DNA of 64,000 nucleotides from the human T2T-CHM13v2.0 reference genome, Homo sapiens. This document shows positions 1 through 14,870 of the stretch, one piece after another. How positions within the stretch are numbered: the stretch's first letter is position 1; the number at the start of each line of letters is the position of its first letter. The translations under genes and the position numbers were made by a program. The stretch lies in the NCBI RefSeq assembly GCF_009914755.1, contig NC_060930.1. One strand, 5' to 3'. A model generated the notes under the pieces. It was given only the letters and a program-made list of their open reading frames with translations, was not told the DNA's origin and made no database searches.

Positions 1-212
1 TCCCAGCTAAAAAAACTCACAGCAACTAGGGAACAGCCAGAGTGGGGTGGATTAGAAAGGTTACAGACATTTTTCAGCACGGTACTATTTGGTCCTTTTC
101 ATTTGCATGCATGTATTACTGTGATTAAAAAAATTAAGTAACATAAAATGTTTCCTCTCAACTGGTAAACAGTTGAAAGACAACGTAACTGAAAAGCAGA
201 GCCAGCCCAGGT

Positions 213-1085
<873 letters not shown>

Positions 1086-1162
1086 AGCTCAACTTTTAAA
1101 AGTACCTGTTCGGGAGTTTCTCTTCATTTTAGTATAAGAATGAGGAAGCAAAGGGAGGACAG

Positions 1163-1506
1163 GGACTATGGTCTGAATGTTTGTGTCCCCTCAAATACTT
1201 ATGTTGAAACCTAATCACAATGTGATGGTATTAGGAGGTGAGGCCTTTTGGGAGGTGATTAGGAATGGGATTCAAGCCCTTATAAAATAGGTCCCCAAGA
1301 AAGCTCATTCACCCCTTCCTCCTTGTAAGGACACAGCAAAAATGCATCATCTATGAACCAGAAAGTAGGTCCTCATCAGACACTGAATCTGCCTATACCT
1401 TGATTTTGGACTTCTCACTTTCAGGACTGTGAGAAATAAGTACTTGTTGTTTATAAGCTGCCCAGCCTTTCATATTTGGTTATAGTAACCCAAATAGACA
1501 AAGACA
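1163..1506 (+). mobile_element. MaLR solo LTR, MLT1A/MLT1A0-like
   Basis: Starts ctatggtctgaatgtttgtgtcccc and ends tatagtaacccaaatagacaaagaca; the body matches the recalled MLT1A consensus. Confidence 0.8.
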
Positions 1507-1536
1507 CCATGGCCTCTGGGAAACAGGTTATCAGGC

Positions 1537-4059
1537 TGTATTAGTCCATTCTCACACTGCTATAAAGAACGATCTGAGACAGGGTAATTTATGAAGAAAA
1601 GAGGTTTACTTGACTCACAGCTCCACAGGCTGTACAGGAGACATGGCTGGGGAAGCATCAGAAAACTTGCTATCATGGCAGAAAGCAAAGGGGAAGCAAA
1701 TACGTCTTCACATGGTGGAAGGAGAGAGAGAGTGAGAAGGCGGAGGTGCTACACACTTTCAAACAACCAGACCTCTTGAGAACTCTATCACGAGAATAGC
1801 ACAGAGAAAATCCACCCCCATGATTCAATCATTTCCCACAAGGCCCAACCTCCAACATTGGGAATTACAATTCAACATGAGATTTGAGTAGGGACACAGA
1901 GCCAAACCATATCATTCCGTCCCTGGCCCCTTCACAACCTCCTGTCCTTCTCACACTTCAAAACACAATCATACCTTCTCAACAGTCCCCCAAAGTTTTA
2001 ACTCATTCCAGCATTAACTCAAAAGTTCAAGTCCAAAGTCTCATCTGAGACAAGGCAAGTCCCTTCTGCCTGTGAGCCTTTAAAATAAAAAACAAGTTAG
2101 TTACTTCCAGGTTACAATGAGGGTACAGGCATTGGCAAATGCCCTTATTCCAAAAGGGAGAAATCAGCCAAAACAAAGGAGCTACAGGTCTCATGCAAGT
2201 CTGAAACCTGGCAGGGCAGCTGTTAAATCTTAAAGCTCTAAGTAATCTCTTTTGACTCCATGTCTCACATCCAGGCCATGCTGATCCAAGAGGTGAACTC
2301 CCAGGGCCTTGGGCAGCTCCACTCCTGTGGCTTTGCAGGGTACAGTCTCCACAGCTGCTTTCAGGGACTGGCATTGAGTGCCTGCAGCTTTTCCAGGTGC
2401 ATGGTGCAAGCTGTTGGTGGGTCTACCATTCTGGGGACTGGAGGATGGTGGGCCTCCTCTCACAGCTCCACTAGGGCAGTGCCCCAATGGGGACTCTGTG
2501 TAGGGGCTCCAGCCCCACATTTCCCACTCCTGTTCACCACCCTAGTAGAGGTTCTCCATGAGGGCTCCACCCCTGGAGTATATTTCTGCCTGGACATCCA
2601 GGCATTTCCATATACCCTCTGAAATCTAGATGGAGGCTCCCAAGCCTCAACTCTTGTCCTCTGTGCACCTGCAGCCTTAACACAATGTGGAAGTCACTGC
2701 ACCCTCTGAAGCAAAAGCCCAAGGTATATTTTGGCTCCTGTTAGCCACAGCTGGAGCTGGAGAGGCCACAATGCAGGGTACCATATCACAAGGCTGCACA
2801 GAGGAGCAGGGGCCCTGGGCCTGGCCCACAAAACCAATTTTCCCTTCTAGGCCTCCAAGCCTGTGAGTGGGAGGGGCTTCTGTGAAGGTCTCTAAAATAT
2901 CTTGGAGACATTTCCCCTGTTGTCTTGGCTATTAACAATTGGCTCCTTTTATACAAATTTCTGCAGCGTGTTTGAATCCCTCCTCAGAAAATGTTTTTTT
3001 TTCTTCTACCACATGGTCAGGCTACAAATTTTCCAAAGTTTTATGCTCTACTTCCCTATTAAATATAAGTTCCAGTTTCATATAATCTCTTTGTTCATGC
3101 ATATGAGCATATACTGTTAGAAACAACCAGGCCACATCTTTTTTATTATCATTATTAATTTTAAAAAGGTTTAGAGACAGGGTTTCCGCATGTCTCAAAC
3201 AGCTGGACTCAAGCAGTCCACCCACCTAAGTCTCCCAAAATGCTCGGATTACAAGCATGTGCCACTGCATGCAGCCTGCCTGGCCACATCTTGAATGCTT
3301 TGCTGCTTAGAAATTTCTTCTACCAGATACCCTAAATCATCTCTCTCAAGTTCAAAGTTCCACAGATCCATAGAGCAGGGGCACAATGCTGCCAGTCTCT
3401 TTGCTAAAGCATAGCAAGAGTGACTTTTACTCCAGTTCTCAATAAGTTCTTCCTCTCCATCTGAGATCTCCTCAGCCTGGACTTCACTGTTCATCTCACT
3501 ATAAGCATTGTGGTCATAATTTAACAAGTCTCTAGGAAGTTCCAAACTTTCCTTCATTTTCTTGTCTTCTTCTGAGCCCTGCAAACTGTTTCAACCTCTG
3601 CCTGTTACCTAGTTCCAAAGTCACTTCCACATTTTCAGTTTTCTTTATAGCAATGCCCTACTTATCTGTTATGAATTTTCTGTATTAGCCCATTCTCACA
3701 CTGCGATAAAGAACTACCTGAGACTGGGCAACTTATGAAGAAAAGAGGTTTAATTGACTCACAGTTCTACAGGCTGTACAGAGGCATGGCTGGGAAGGCC
3801 TCAGGAAACTAACAATCATGGAAAAAGGTGAAGGGGAAGGAAGCAAGTTTTTACATGGTGGCAGGAGAGAGAGAGAGAACAAAGCAGGAGGCGCTACACA
3901 CTTTCAAATAACTAAATCTTATGAGAACTCTATCATGAGAAAAGCAAGGGGGAAATCTGCCCCCATGATTCAGTCACCTCCCACCAGGCCCCACTTCCAA
4001 CATTGGGAATTACAATTCGACATGAGATTTGGGTGGGGACACAGAGCCAAACCATATCA
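1537..4059 (-). mobile_element. Full-structure MaLR element (MSTA/THE1D-type): LTR 1537-1914, internal 1915-3680, LTR 3681-4059
   Basis: Two homologous ~378-bp LTRs (tgtattag.ccattctcacactgc ... gggacacagagccaaaccatatca) flank a THE1/MST-int sequence. ORF 3249-3584 resembles the MaLR internal gag-like remnant. Confidence 0.9.
3141..3281 (-). mobile_element. Alu monomer (FLAM/left-arm-like) nested in the MaLR internal region
   Basis: Single Alu arm with AT-rich tail, flanked by TSD ggccacatctt (3130-3140 and 3282-3292). Confidence 0.8.
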
Positions 4060-4124
4060 CACTGTCATCCCTGGCCATCAAATGACTCCATCCTTTGTAT
4101 TCTGTTTGGGTGCTCTCTGAAGCA

Positions 4125-4250
4125 GGGATTAGTATCCTCATTTCATGGCTGGGAAATTGAGGCTCAGAGAAGTTAAATAAGCTGCCCAAGATAACACAGC
4201 TAGAATGGGGCTGAGATTCAATGCAGGTCTGACTCTTCAGCCCAAGACCT
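4125..4250 (-). mobile_element. MIR SINE fragment
   Basis: Core gaaattgaggctcagagaagttaaataagctgcccaagataacacagctag. Confidence 0.8.
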
Positions 4251-4539
4251 TTTTGCTGCCTCCTTAAAGTGGGGTCCAAACTGGAACTGATGTATGTGAA
4301 GATGATGGAAGGCAGGAGGCTGAACTCTTCTCTCTCCCTCCCTTGTGCTTAATGGACAAACATCATTTTTTGAGAGGCCAGTGGAGAACAAAGAAAAGTA
4401 TAGAAAATTGAGCCTAAAGGATCCAGAGATGAAGGCTGACTCAGACCAGAACACACTTAACTACTTAAAACAATGCTGAAAGAGGAAGAAATTTCAACTC
4501 TGCAAGGAAATGCTAAGCTAAAGGGAACAACGAACCAAG

Positions 4540-5230
4540 AATTATTTCAAGGCTGCTGAGTGGACAGCAAAATGGCAAATGGGTTTTAACAAGGGGAAAA
4601 TGCAAGGAACTGCACTTGGAGAAAATCACCCAAACTGGACTTAATAGGAGGATTGAGTTGAACTGGTAGCATTGCTCCAGCAAAGGTCCTGGGTGAATGT
4701 GGGCTGTGCCAGAGGACACAGAGCTGCCCCCGGCCCCTCTAAAGAAAAGCATACGAAAGCCACTGGGCATCACTGGGAAAGGCATTGGTCACAAAGTAGA
4801 AAACAAAACTAAAACAACAATGAAACTCTTACCAAGGTTAAAAACAAGGTTTTCATTAGGAGAATGAGGGGATACTAGTGTGGGAGAATCTTGGGGGTTT
4901 TTTTGAAAATATCATGCTGTCCATTGCTGGCACCAAAAAGGTCAGGAAGATGCTAAGCATTCTCAGAGATGGCTCTGTGAGCACCTGAGAATATGAGCCC
5001 ACCTTGAACCTGCCCCTGGACCTCCCTTGTGGCATCTCAGGAAAGCAGCATGAATGTGACAGGGGTGCAGGAGAGGAGGTTTGGCCACAGGCTGAATCCT
5101 GAGAATTATTAGTTCAAGAGCCTGGGATTTTCACAGCACAACACTCACCTTGAGGGCCTGAGTTCAGAGAATACAGGGTGTCCTTGGACGAGTTACCTCC
5201 AGGAGCCCCTCCTCTGGCCTGGGATTTATT
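4540..5230 (+). mobile_element. CR1/L3 LINE relic
   Basis: 4561-4620 decodes, with a frameshift, to W-x-x-x-WQMGFNKGK/CKELHL, resembling the CR1 RT C-terminal WQMxFNxxKCKVLHLG motif. A CR1-like 3' end (ttggacgagttacctcc...) lies near 5185. Confidence 0.6.
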
Positions 5231-7939
5231 TTATGTCGTTCATCCTTGTGTTTGAGCAGACAAGAAGAGGAGGGGATTGAAGTGGATACTCTCAGACACT
5301 AATATTCAGTCTTGAAGAATCTTTGTGGAGTTTCTCTCTGAGACAGACTTGGCCCAGGATGTGGCCTGTCACCCAGGGCATATGAAAACCCCCAAGCCAT
5401 TCACAGCCGACTGGCTCCAGATCATAGGTCCACAGCTGCAGGGAGAGTGGTCCTAGGCTGAACTTGGGGTGGGGTGGATCCATTCTCAGGATTTGCCTTT
5501 GAGACATTTTGCTGGAACTTCTAAATCCAAAGATTCCTCTGATACTAGAGCAAGAGCCACAGGTGAGGATGATTCTCAGAAGAGTTCTTAGGTTCTCAGA
5601 AGGGTCAGAAGTGGAGGCCATGACTTCCTGGACTCCCTCTACCCAAGTCCACTTGTCAATACCACCACTGTCCTTGTCACTGACCACTTAGAAGCAAGGC
5701 TTTCCCTGGACCCTGGGTCTGGCACACGAGCCCCCAATAGCCCTGGTCCAGGAGCCACACCCTGAACTCTGCTGTAGATGGCCTCATACTCTGTACTCAG
5801 TCCCTGGGGAAAAGACCACTTGTGACCTGGTGGAGCTCCAGTTTGGGGAAATAGAAGGGAATCAGTGCATGAGACAGGAGGGCACAAGGGCACACTGGGG
5901 AGTGTGGAAGGCAAATTATGGAGAAAAAGGCTAGGCAGCCAGTCATGCTCCCTCACTCTCAGCAGTGACTGATAGGAGGCCCAATGCAGTTGTGCAGCTC
6001 CCACACTGCACAAAGCTGCCCACATAGGCAGAAGCTGCATGTGGAGGTTGCTAGCATAGCCTTCAGGTCTAGTGCAGGCCTGTGCCTACGCTGAGGATGG
6101 GGATTCTTTCTTATTCACTCAGAGATGCAGCATGAATGACTGGACAGCCCTGAGCTTCCACACAGGGGGCACTCAATACATATTGCTGGGGCAACTGGGA
6201 GACAACCAATGAACATGAGTTTCCCTCCTTCTCCAGAGCACACAGTTTACCTGCAGTGATGTGCGCCTGTGCCTGGGCTTGGGAGGCCAGCTCTGGCTCA
6301 GTGAAACCACATCCTTGGTTGGCAAGTGGGGAGAACATTATACAGGTGCTACGCTTGTTAATCCATGGGGCAGGTACTTACCTGATAGCCCAAAGACTGG
6401 GCATCAGGCCTTTGCCTTCATCCAGAGCCTAACGTGGCAGGAACCCCACATGCAGAACAGAGCCAGGTCTGAACAGGGCAGCCTGCACCCCGCCCATTCC
6501 CACCCACAGGCACAAGAATCCCTTATTCCTATTAACCAGCCATCTCCCAGGGAGCAGGGGACAATGCCCTCCCCGTGGTCACTCCGCAGGGATGACACAT
6601 AAGAACCATCCAAAGTGCAAGGGGATTGACCCCTGCTCCGCAGCACTCTTTCGGCTTAATAGGAACAGCTGGTCAGTGAAGTGTTTGTGAGCAATTTAAC
6701 AAGACTCAAACAGCAAGAGGCATCTGCCGATAAATCAAAAAGGAGCGCCTGGCTAAATGAGGCTTAATTTAAATTCGTATCTGGAGCCGGTAGAAGAGCC
6801 TCATTGTGCCTTCCAGTAGCATCCACAACAGCAAGGCCTAGGCCAGTTTGGCATGGGCTGGAGCTGAGTCCCATAGCCGCCTGTTGGGGGGTGATGGCCC
6901 CCACAGGAGGGAGCTGTAAAATCAAGCCAAAGTGCCGGGAGGAAGGTAGAGGAAGAAAGGAATGATATTAAATGTCATTCCTACCCTCACAGAAATAAAA
7001 CAAAACCAAAGAACTTCATTCCATTTGGAAGTCATAAAACTCGTAATGGCCACCAACACCTCCAGAGTGGCCATCCCCATGACTGCAGAGGGCAGGACCC
7101 ATGCTCAAGAGCTCAAATGAGCCTGGCAGGGAGAAGAACGTGTCCTATGGAAATGTCACAGTCAGAGCCATGATGCCACCCAGGAAAACAAGAGCTGCTT
7201 CTTTCTCATTGTTTCCTCACACAAAGAGCTAGACACAGATTGCAACCCATAGACAAGCCAAGAGCTTCAAGAAAGCTCTCCACCTCCCGCTGTGAACTGT
7301 GAGCTGTGCACAGCCTTGCGTTTCCCAAGGCAAATACCCAGGCCTGAATGGACTTTATTCTCCCCTCCCTACACATCCCATTTCTTTTTAAAATCAGGGC
7401 CCTGGACTGACATCAGATGAGAAGCTGACCATTGCTTAACCTATTCCTATCGCACGTGCATGTCTGGAAAAAGGAGATACAGGAGTTGAGCCACGAGTCA
7501 CCACAGATACACCCTTCAAGGGGGATAGGCTAGCCCAGTTGCCCTCCTCCTAGGTTCTATTTCACTAGGGCTAGGGGTGGCTTCTGTGTGGGCAGGGTCT
7601 CAGGGGTGTAACAGGAAGCTCAGTTCCCAGGCCCCATTGGGCAGGGAGAATGGCTCAGAGAGCAGCCGTGGAAGAAGGCGACCCCTCTACCAGCTGATGC
7701 CAAGAGTATGGCTTAAAGTTCATATGCATTCAGTCAAGTATCACCCCTTTATCCATCCCAAGGCCAAGTCTGTCCCTTCTTATCTACACATTCCTCTCAG
7801 GCACGCATTCCAACTTTGTTCTTCTTCAAAGTTTGCCTTGAAATCAGCATATGTTCATTAGGAACAAGACCTGCCAGAGCCACCTCATGCCCTTTTGAAG
7901 TAGGTTTCAAGGCTGACAGCCTAGGGCAATAACTAACTC

Positions 7940-8210
7940 AGGAGTGTATCTTTTGGGAATTGTGTTCAACTGCTAGGTAAAATGAAGAGGAAATAGAAGT
8001 TTATTTTCCTCTCACATGAAAGTTTCCCAGTGGGTGTCCTGGGCTGGCACGGCAACAGGCATCCAGGATGAGGGGCCTTCGATCTTTTGGCTCTATATCT
8101 TTAGCTGCTGGCTTTCAGCCTGAAGGTCGCCCCATGAGCAAAGACTGACGAAACACCAGCTATCACATCCAGATTTCAGGCAGGAGGTAGAGGGAAGGGA
8201 GGGGCAACAA
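7940..8210 (-). mobile_element. MLT1 (J/K-like) LTR fragment
   Basis: gaagtttattttcctctcacat...ccagctatcacatccagatttcaggcagga resembles old MLT1 LTRs. Confidence 0.5.
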
Positions 8211-8237
8211 CCATGATGACCAAAGGCACTTCCATGC

Positions 8238-8555
8238 TTTTGCTTTTTTTAAAGACAAGGTCTCATTCTGTTGCCCAGGCTGGAGTGCAGTGGCGTGATC
8301 ATGGCTCACTGCAGCCTTGACCTCCCAGGGTCAAGCAATCCGACCTCCTGGGCTCAAGTAATCCTCCCATCTTAGCCTCTCAAGTAGCTGAGACCACAGG
8401 TGTGTGACAGCACATACGCCTAATTTTTAAATCTTTTGGAGAGATGGGGTTTCCCTATGTTGCTCAGGCTAGTCTTGAACTTCTGAGCTCAAGCAATCTG
8501 CCTGCCTCAGCTTCCCAAAGTGCTGGGATTACAGGTGTGATCTACTGCGCCTGGT
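8238..8555 (-). mobile_element. AluJ-type SINE with internal 23-bp duplication
   Basis: Antisense Alu dimer; gacctcc..ggNtcaagNaatcc is duplicated at 8319-8341 and 8342-8364. Confidence 0.9.
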
Positions 8556-8565
8556 CTTTATCACC

Positions 8566-8842
8566 TTTTTTTTTTTTTTTTGAGATGGAGTTTCACTCAC
8601 TCTATCGCCCAGGCTGGAGTGCACTGACGCAATCTTGGCTCACTACAACCTCCGTCTCCCGGGTTCAAGCAATTCTTCTGCCTCAGCCTCCTGAGTAGCT
8701 GAGATTACAAGTGCACACCACCACACCCAGCTAATTTTTGTATTTTTAGTAGAGACTGGGTTTCACCATGTTGACCAGGCTGGTCTTGAACTCCTGACCT
8801 CAAGTAATCCACACACCTTCGCCCCCCAAAGTGCTGGGATTA
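8566..8842 (-). mobile_element. AluS-type SINE, 5'-truncated
   Basis: Antisense Alu ending at gtgctgggatta; TSD ctttatcacc at 8556-8565 and 8843-8852. Confidence 0.9.
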
Positions 8843-11800
8843 CTTTATCACCACTCAAAGATGAGGAAACTGAGGCTTACCCAGCAAATGGCAGCTCCAG
8901 AATTTGATGAAAATTTCCTAGAAGACAGGATCTTTATCCCAGTGAGAAGGGACACATAGAAAAAAGCAAGCAAATACACCACAGTGTAATAGCATCTGTG
9001 GGAGCCCTGAGGGGAGAGTTTTTAGGGTAATGAAGGGGGTACAGATTTGCCCTCGATTCTGACCCTAGGAGTTTGTCCTGGACCTTCAACCCTCCTAAGG
9101 ATAGCCCTGACATCTATGGACACTTATACAGGTATGGATACCAAAATAATAAACAAATTACATTTTTTTCCACACATATTGTCTATGCTTAGTAAACATG
9201 GGCTGATAGGTCAAAATTAGCCACAAAGTTCCATAACACTGGCTTTCAGTGAAGTAAATGAGAGGAGCAGGTGAATGAAGAAGGGTTAAAGATTCTTCAG
9301 CACCTGGAAAAGAGAGGCTCAGCTTCTCTCACACAGGTGTTTTGGGCACAACAGGGTTTGCTTGCACTGCTCTCAAGGTGTTCTTAGAGGAAATGGGTAC
9401 ATGTGATGGTTCAAAGTAAGAGAGGCAGGGATACTGCAGGTCTATATGCAGAGTAACCATCAGAAATTGCTCCTGTTCAGTTTTTTGTTTTGCTTTGTTT
9501 TTCACTTTTTATTTTGAAATTACATTGGACTTCCAAGAAGTTGTAAAAATAGTAGAGAGTTCCCATGTACTCTTCACCCAAACTCCATGAATTATAACAT
9601 CTTACATAAATAACTATAGCACATTATCAAGACCAGGAAAATGATACTGGTATAATACCAATACCCAAACTACAGATCTTATTTAGATCTCACTAATTTA
9701 GCACACAGACCTACTTATGCAAACACCATTATAATCAGGATAGAGAAGAATGCCATCACCAGTGTGAAATCCCCTGTGCCACCTTTTACAGTCCTCTCGC
9801 CAGACACAGATCTGCTCTATATTACTATAATTTTGTCATGTTTTAAATGTTATGTAAATTAAGTCACATGGTATGTAACCCTTTTAGTTGTTTTTTTTTT
9901 TTTTCACTCAGCAAAATGCCCTTAAGGTCCATCCGAGATCCAAAATGCCCTTAAGATCCATATTGCTTCTTGTATCAACAGCTTGTTCTATGTGACTGCT
10001 AAGCAGGATTCTGGGGTGTGGATGTGCCACAGTTTGTTTAACCATTTAGCACTGAGTGGCACCTGGGTTGTCTCCAGTTTTTATGTTATAAACACAGGCA
10101 CTATAAATGTTCATGTACTGCTATAAACATTTGTGTATGGGTGTTTTTATGAATATAAGCTTTCCTTTATCTAGGATAAATAACCAGGAGTGCGATTGCT
10201 GGGTCATGTGGTAAGTGTATGTATAACTTTTCAAGAAATTGCCAAACTGTTTTCCAGAGTGGCCATGCCATTTTGTAACCCAACAGCAAAATGTGAGAGT
10301 TCCAGCTGCTTCACATTCTTGCCAGCAGTAGGTATGGTCAATCTTTTTTATTTTAATCCTCATAATAGGTGTACGGTAGTATCTCATCATGGTTTTAATT
10401 TGTATTTTTCTAATGGCCAGTGATGTTGAACACCTTTTACATGCTTATTTGTCACCCACTCATTCTATTTGATGAATTGTCATTGAAATATTTTGCCCAT
10501 TTATTGATTGCATTGTTTTCCTGTCAAGATTAAAGAATTCTCTTTTTATTCTTGCTGCAAATTATTTGTCAGATATATAATTTGCAAATATTTTCTCCTA
10601 GTCTGTGGCTTGTCTTTTTATTCTATTAACAGTCTCTTTTACCTAGAAAAAGTTTTGAATTTTGATGAAGCCCAATTTGACAATTTTCTTTTATGGATTG
10701 TGCTTTCGGCATCTTATCTAAAGAAATCTTTACCTAACCTGAAGTTGCGAAGATTTTCTCCTATATTTATTGCGAATAAATTTTAGTTTTACATTTCACA
10801 TTTAGATCTATGATCAATTTTGAGTTAATTTTTATATAAAGTGTGAAGTATAGGTTAAGGTTCCTTTTTTCCTCTGCCTATGAATGCCCACCAATTTGTT
10901 CAATAGCCATGTTGAAAAGACCATCTTTCCCTTTGAAGTGCTTTTGTACCTTTATCAAAAATCAGTTGGTTATACTTTTATGGGTCTATTTCTAGACTCT
11001 GTTCTGTTCCATTGATCTGTGTGACCATCCACATCGTTACTGCGGCCATATAGTTAGTCTTAAAAACAGATAATGTGATTACTCCAACTTTATTTTTCTT
11101 CTTCAAAAGGTTTCAGCTATTCTCTACTGCTTTTACATACACATTTTAGAGTCAACTTGTATATATCTACAAAAATCCTGCTGGGATTTTCATAGGAACT
11201 GCATTAAAACTATAGATCAATTTTTGAGAGAACTGATGTCTTTATTGCGTTGTCTTTCAATTCCTGAATGTTTTATGTTCTCCATTTATTGAGTTCCTTG
11301 ATTTCTTTCATTAGCCTTTTGTAATTTTCAGCATACAGATTCTGTATCCTAAGTATTTCAATTTCTGCAGCTGTTATAAATGGCATTTTGTTTTTAATTT
11401 TGGTTTCCAGATGTTTGTTGCTAGCATATTTAAATAAATATAATTGATTTTTGTGCATTGACCTTGAATCCTGCACCTTAGTAAACTCACATTTTAGTTC
11501 TAGGAGCTCTTGTGTAGATTATGGGATTTTCTACATACACAATTACGTTGTCTACAAATAGGGAAAACATCATTTTTCTTGTTTATAGTATATCACTACT
11601 TTCATATATTTCCACATTCAATTTGTTAGCATTTTATTCAGAATTTTGTGTCTATAGTCATGTAGAACACTAGTCAATAGTCTCTCTCTCTCTCTTTCTG
11701 TCCTCATCTGGGTTTGGTATCAGGGTAATACTGGCCTCCTAAAGTGAATTATGAAGTACTCCCTTTTCTTCTACTTCTGCAAAAGATTATGTAAAAAGTG

Positions 11801-12058
11801 GTGTTATTTCTTCCTAAAATGGGAAGAAATTGCTAGTACGCCTGGAGATTTCTTTTCCAGAAACTTTTAAATGAGGAATTCTATTTCCTTAGTAGTTATC
11901 GGACTATTTAGATTACCTGTTTTATATCGGGTGAGTTTTAGTAGTTTGTGGTTTTTGAGAAATTGGTTATTTGATCAAAGTTGTCAAATTTATGTGTATA
12001 GAGTTGTTTGTAATTTTCCCTTATTCTTTACGTATCTAGGCAATCTGTAGTAACATCC

Positions 12059-12360
12059 TTTTTTTTTTTTTTTTTTGAGATGGAGTCTTGCTCTATCACC
12101 CAGGCTGGAGTGCAGTGCCAAGATCTCAGCTTAGTACAACCTCCACCTCCCAGGTTCAAGTGATTCTCCCACCACAGCCTCCCGAGTAGCTAGGATGACA
12201 GGTGTGCTCAACCACACCCAGCTAATTTTTTTTTTTTTTTGGTAGAGATGGGGTTTCACCACATTGGCCAGGCTAGTTTCAAACTCCTGACCTCTAGTGA
12301 TCCACCCACATCAGCCTCCCAAGGTGCTGGGATTACAGACATGAGGCACCGCACCTGGCC
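12059..12360 (-). mobile_element. AluS-type SINE within L1
   Basis: Full antisense Alu dimer with a poly-T tail and an expanded middle T tract. Confidence 0.9.
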
Positions 12361-13387
12361 CTCTCTTTCGTTCATGACATTGGTAATTTGTGTCTTCTAT
12401 CATTTTTCTTTGTCAGTCTTGTTAAAAGTTAATCAATTTTATTGATCTTTTCAAAGAACTAACTTTTAGTTTTATTAATGTTCTCTATTATTTTGTTTTC
12501 GATTTTATCGATTTCTGCTTTACTTCTTATCTTCTGCTTACTTTGGGTTTTTCCCCTCTTCTTTTTCTAATATCTTGAAATAGAAGCTCAGATTATTGAC
12601 TTGAATTCTTTCTTCTTATTCCAATATAAGCATTTAGTGCTACAAAATTCCTTCTAAGCACTGCTTTAGCTGTACCCTATATACTTTTGATATGTTGTAT
12701 TTATTTTCATTTCATTAAGTTCAGTATATTTTAATTTTCTCTTGAGGCTTACCCTTTGATGCCTGGATTATTTAAAAGTGTGTTATTTTATGTGTTTGGA
12801 GATTTTTCTATTTTTTGTTATTGACTTAATAGTCAGATGGCATATTGTATACTACTTTAATTCACTTAAATGTTAAAGTTTGTTTTATGATCCAAAATAT
12901 GGTCTTTCTTGGTGAATATTCCATGTGCACTTGACAAGAATTGTGTATTCTGCCATTGTTGGCTGAAGTGCACTATGATGCTAATTAGATCATGTTGGTT
13001 CATGGTGTTGTTAAGTTCTTCCATATCCTTTTTGATATCCTGTCTAGTAGTCTCTCAGTTACTGAAAGAGCAGTGTTGAAGTCTCTGACCATATGTGTAT
13101 TTTCTTTCAATCATGTCAGCTTTTATCTCAGATATTTGAAACTCTTATTTGATGCATCACATTTTTACATCTTCTTGGTGAATTCACCCTCTTATCATTG
13201 TGTACAGTTCTTCTTTTTCCCTGGCAATTTCCTTTGCACAAGTCTACATTGTCTGATATGAACACACTCCATCTGTCTTTTAATCAGCTTTACAGAGTAT
13301 ATATTTTTCATACTTTTACATTTCAACACTTATATCACAATATCTGAAGTGAGTTTCTTGTAGAACACATACAATTGGTTCAGTTTT

Positions 13388-13676
13388 TTGTCTTTTTTGA
13401 GAAAAACTTTCGCTCTTTCACCCAGGCAGGAGTGAAGTAGTGCGACCTTAGCTTACAACCTCCGCCCCTGGGTTCAAGCGGTTCTCCTGCCTCAGCCTCC
13501 TGAGTAGCTGGGATTATAGGCGCCCGCCCCCATGTCCACCTAACTTTTGTATTTTTAGTAGAGATGGGTTTTTGCCGTGTTGGCCAGGCTGGTCTCAAAC
13601 TCCTGACCTCAGGTGATCCACCTGCCTTTGCTTCCCAAAGTGCTAGAATTACAAGCCTGAGCCACAATGCCCGGCC
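13388..13676 (-). mobile_element. AluS-type SINE within L1
   Basis: Antisense Alu; TSD att(g/t)gttcagtttt at ~13374-13387 and 13677-13690. Confidence 0.9.
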
Positions 13677-14870
13677 ATTTGTTCAGTTTTTAATCCATTC
13701 TGCAAATTTCTGTCTTTTAATTGCTGTGCTTAGACATTACATTTAATGTAACTGTTGTTATTTTAGGATTTAAGTCTGCTACTTTATTATTTGTTTTCAG
13801 TTTGTTTCTCCCTCCCCACTTTTTTTCCTCCTTTGTTTCCCTTTGCCTGCTTTCCTTTGGGTTACCAGAACAATTTTTAGTATTCTGTTTTAATTTATCT
13901 ATAATGTTTTTGAGTGTATCTTTTTACATAGTTTTCAAGTGTTTGCTATAGTGATTACAACATATATACACATATAACACATTACATCCTACCAATAATA
14001 ACAACTTACTACTTCAAGTGCAATGAATATTAAAACCTTACCTCCATGCAGGCTTTTTACCACTCCCCTTGATGATTGAAGTGTCTCAAATATTATTACA
14101 TTTGTTGAGAACCACATCAGACTGTTGTAATTTTCTGCTTCCAATCATAAAAGTTATTTAAAACTCAAAAGAAGGATAGTATATATATTTATCTAGATAT
14201 TTGCTCTTTTCATTGCTTTTTCTTCATAACTGATGTTCCACAAGTTTCCATCTGTTATCATTTCCTTTCTGTTTGAAGAACTTCTTATAGCAATTCTTTT
14301 CAAGCAGGTTTGCTGACAACCAATTCTCTGTGTCTCTTCACTTGGGAATGTTTTGATTTCACTTTTGCTCCTGAAGAAGTTTGCTAGATATAGAATTCTG
14401 GGTTGATGGTTATTTTCTTTCAGCACTTGAAAAACATTCTGACTCTTCCTTCTGGCCTCCATGGTTTCTGATGAGAAATTCACTGTCATTAATATCGTTA
14501 TCTATGACTGCTTTTAACATACTTTCTTTGTGTTTAATTTTCAGAAATTTGTCTGTCTATGGATTTCTTTAAATTTACCCTGTCTTGGATTTGCTTCACT
14601 TCTTGAATCTGTAAGTCTATGTCTCTCACAAAATCTGGGAAGTTTCGTGTCATTATTTCATAAAATATTTGCTCACTTTTATTTATTCTCATCTCTTTCT
14701 AGAACTCTGATGATATGAATGCTAAATCTTCTGTCACTGTCCCACTGGTCCTTGAGAATCATTTTTTTTTTAAATCTATTTTCTTTCTAAATAGATTAGG
14801 AGCTAACCTAATTTATTTCTGTTTATTCTATTGTATTTATATTCTATTATCTAGAAATTATTCTATTCAG

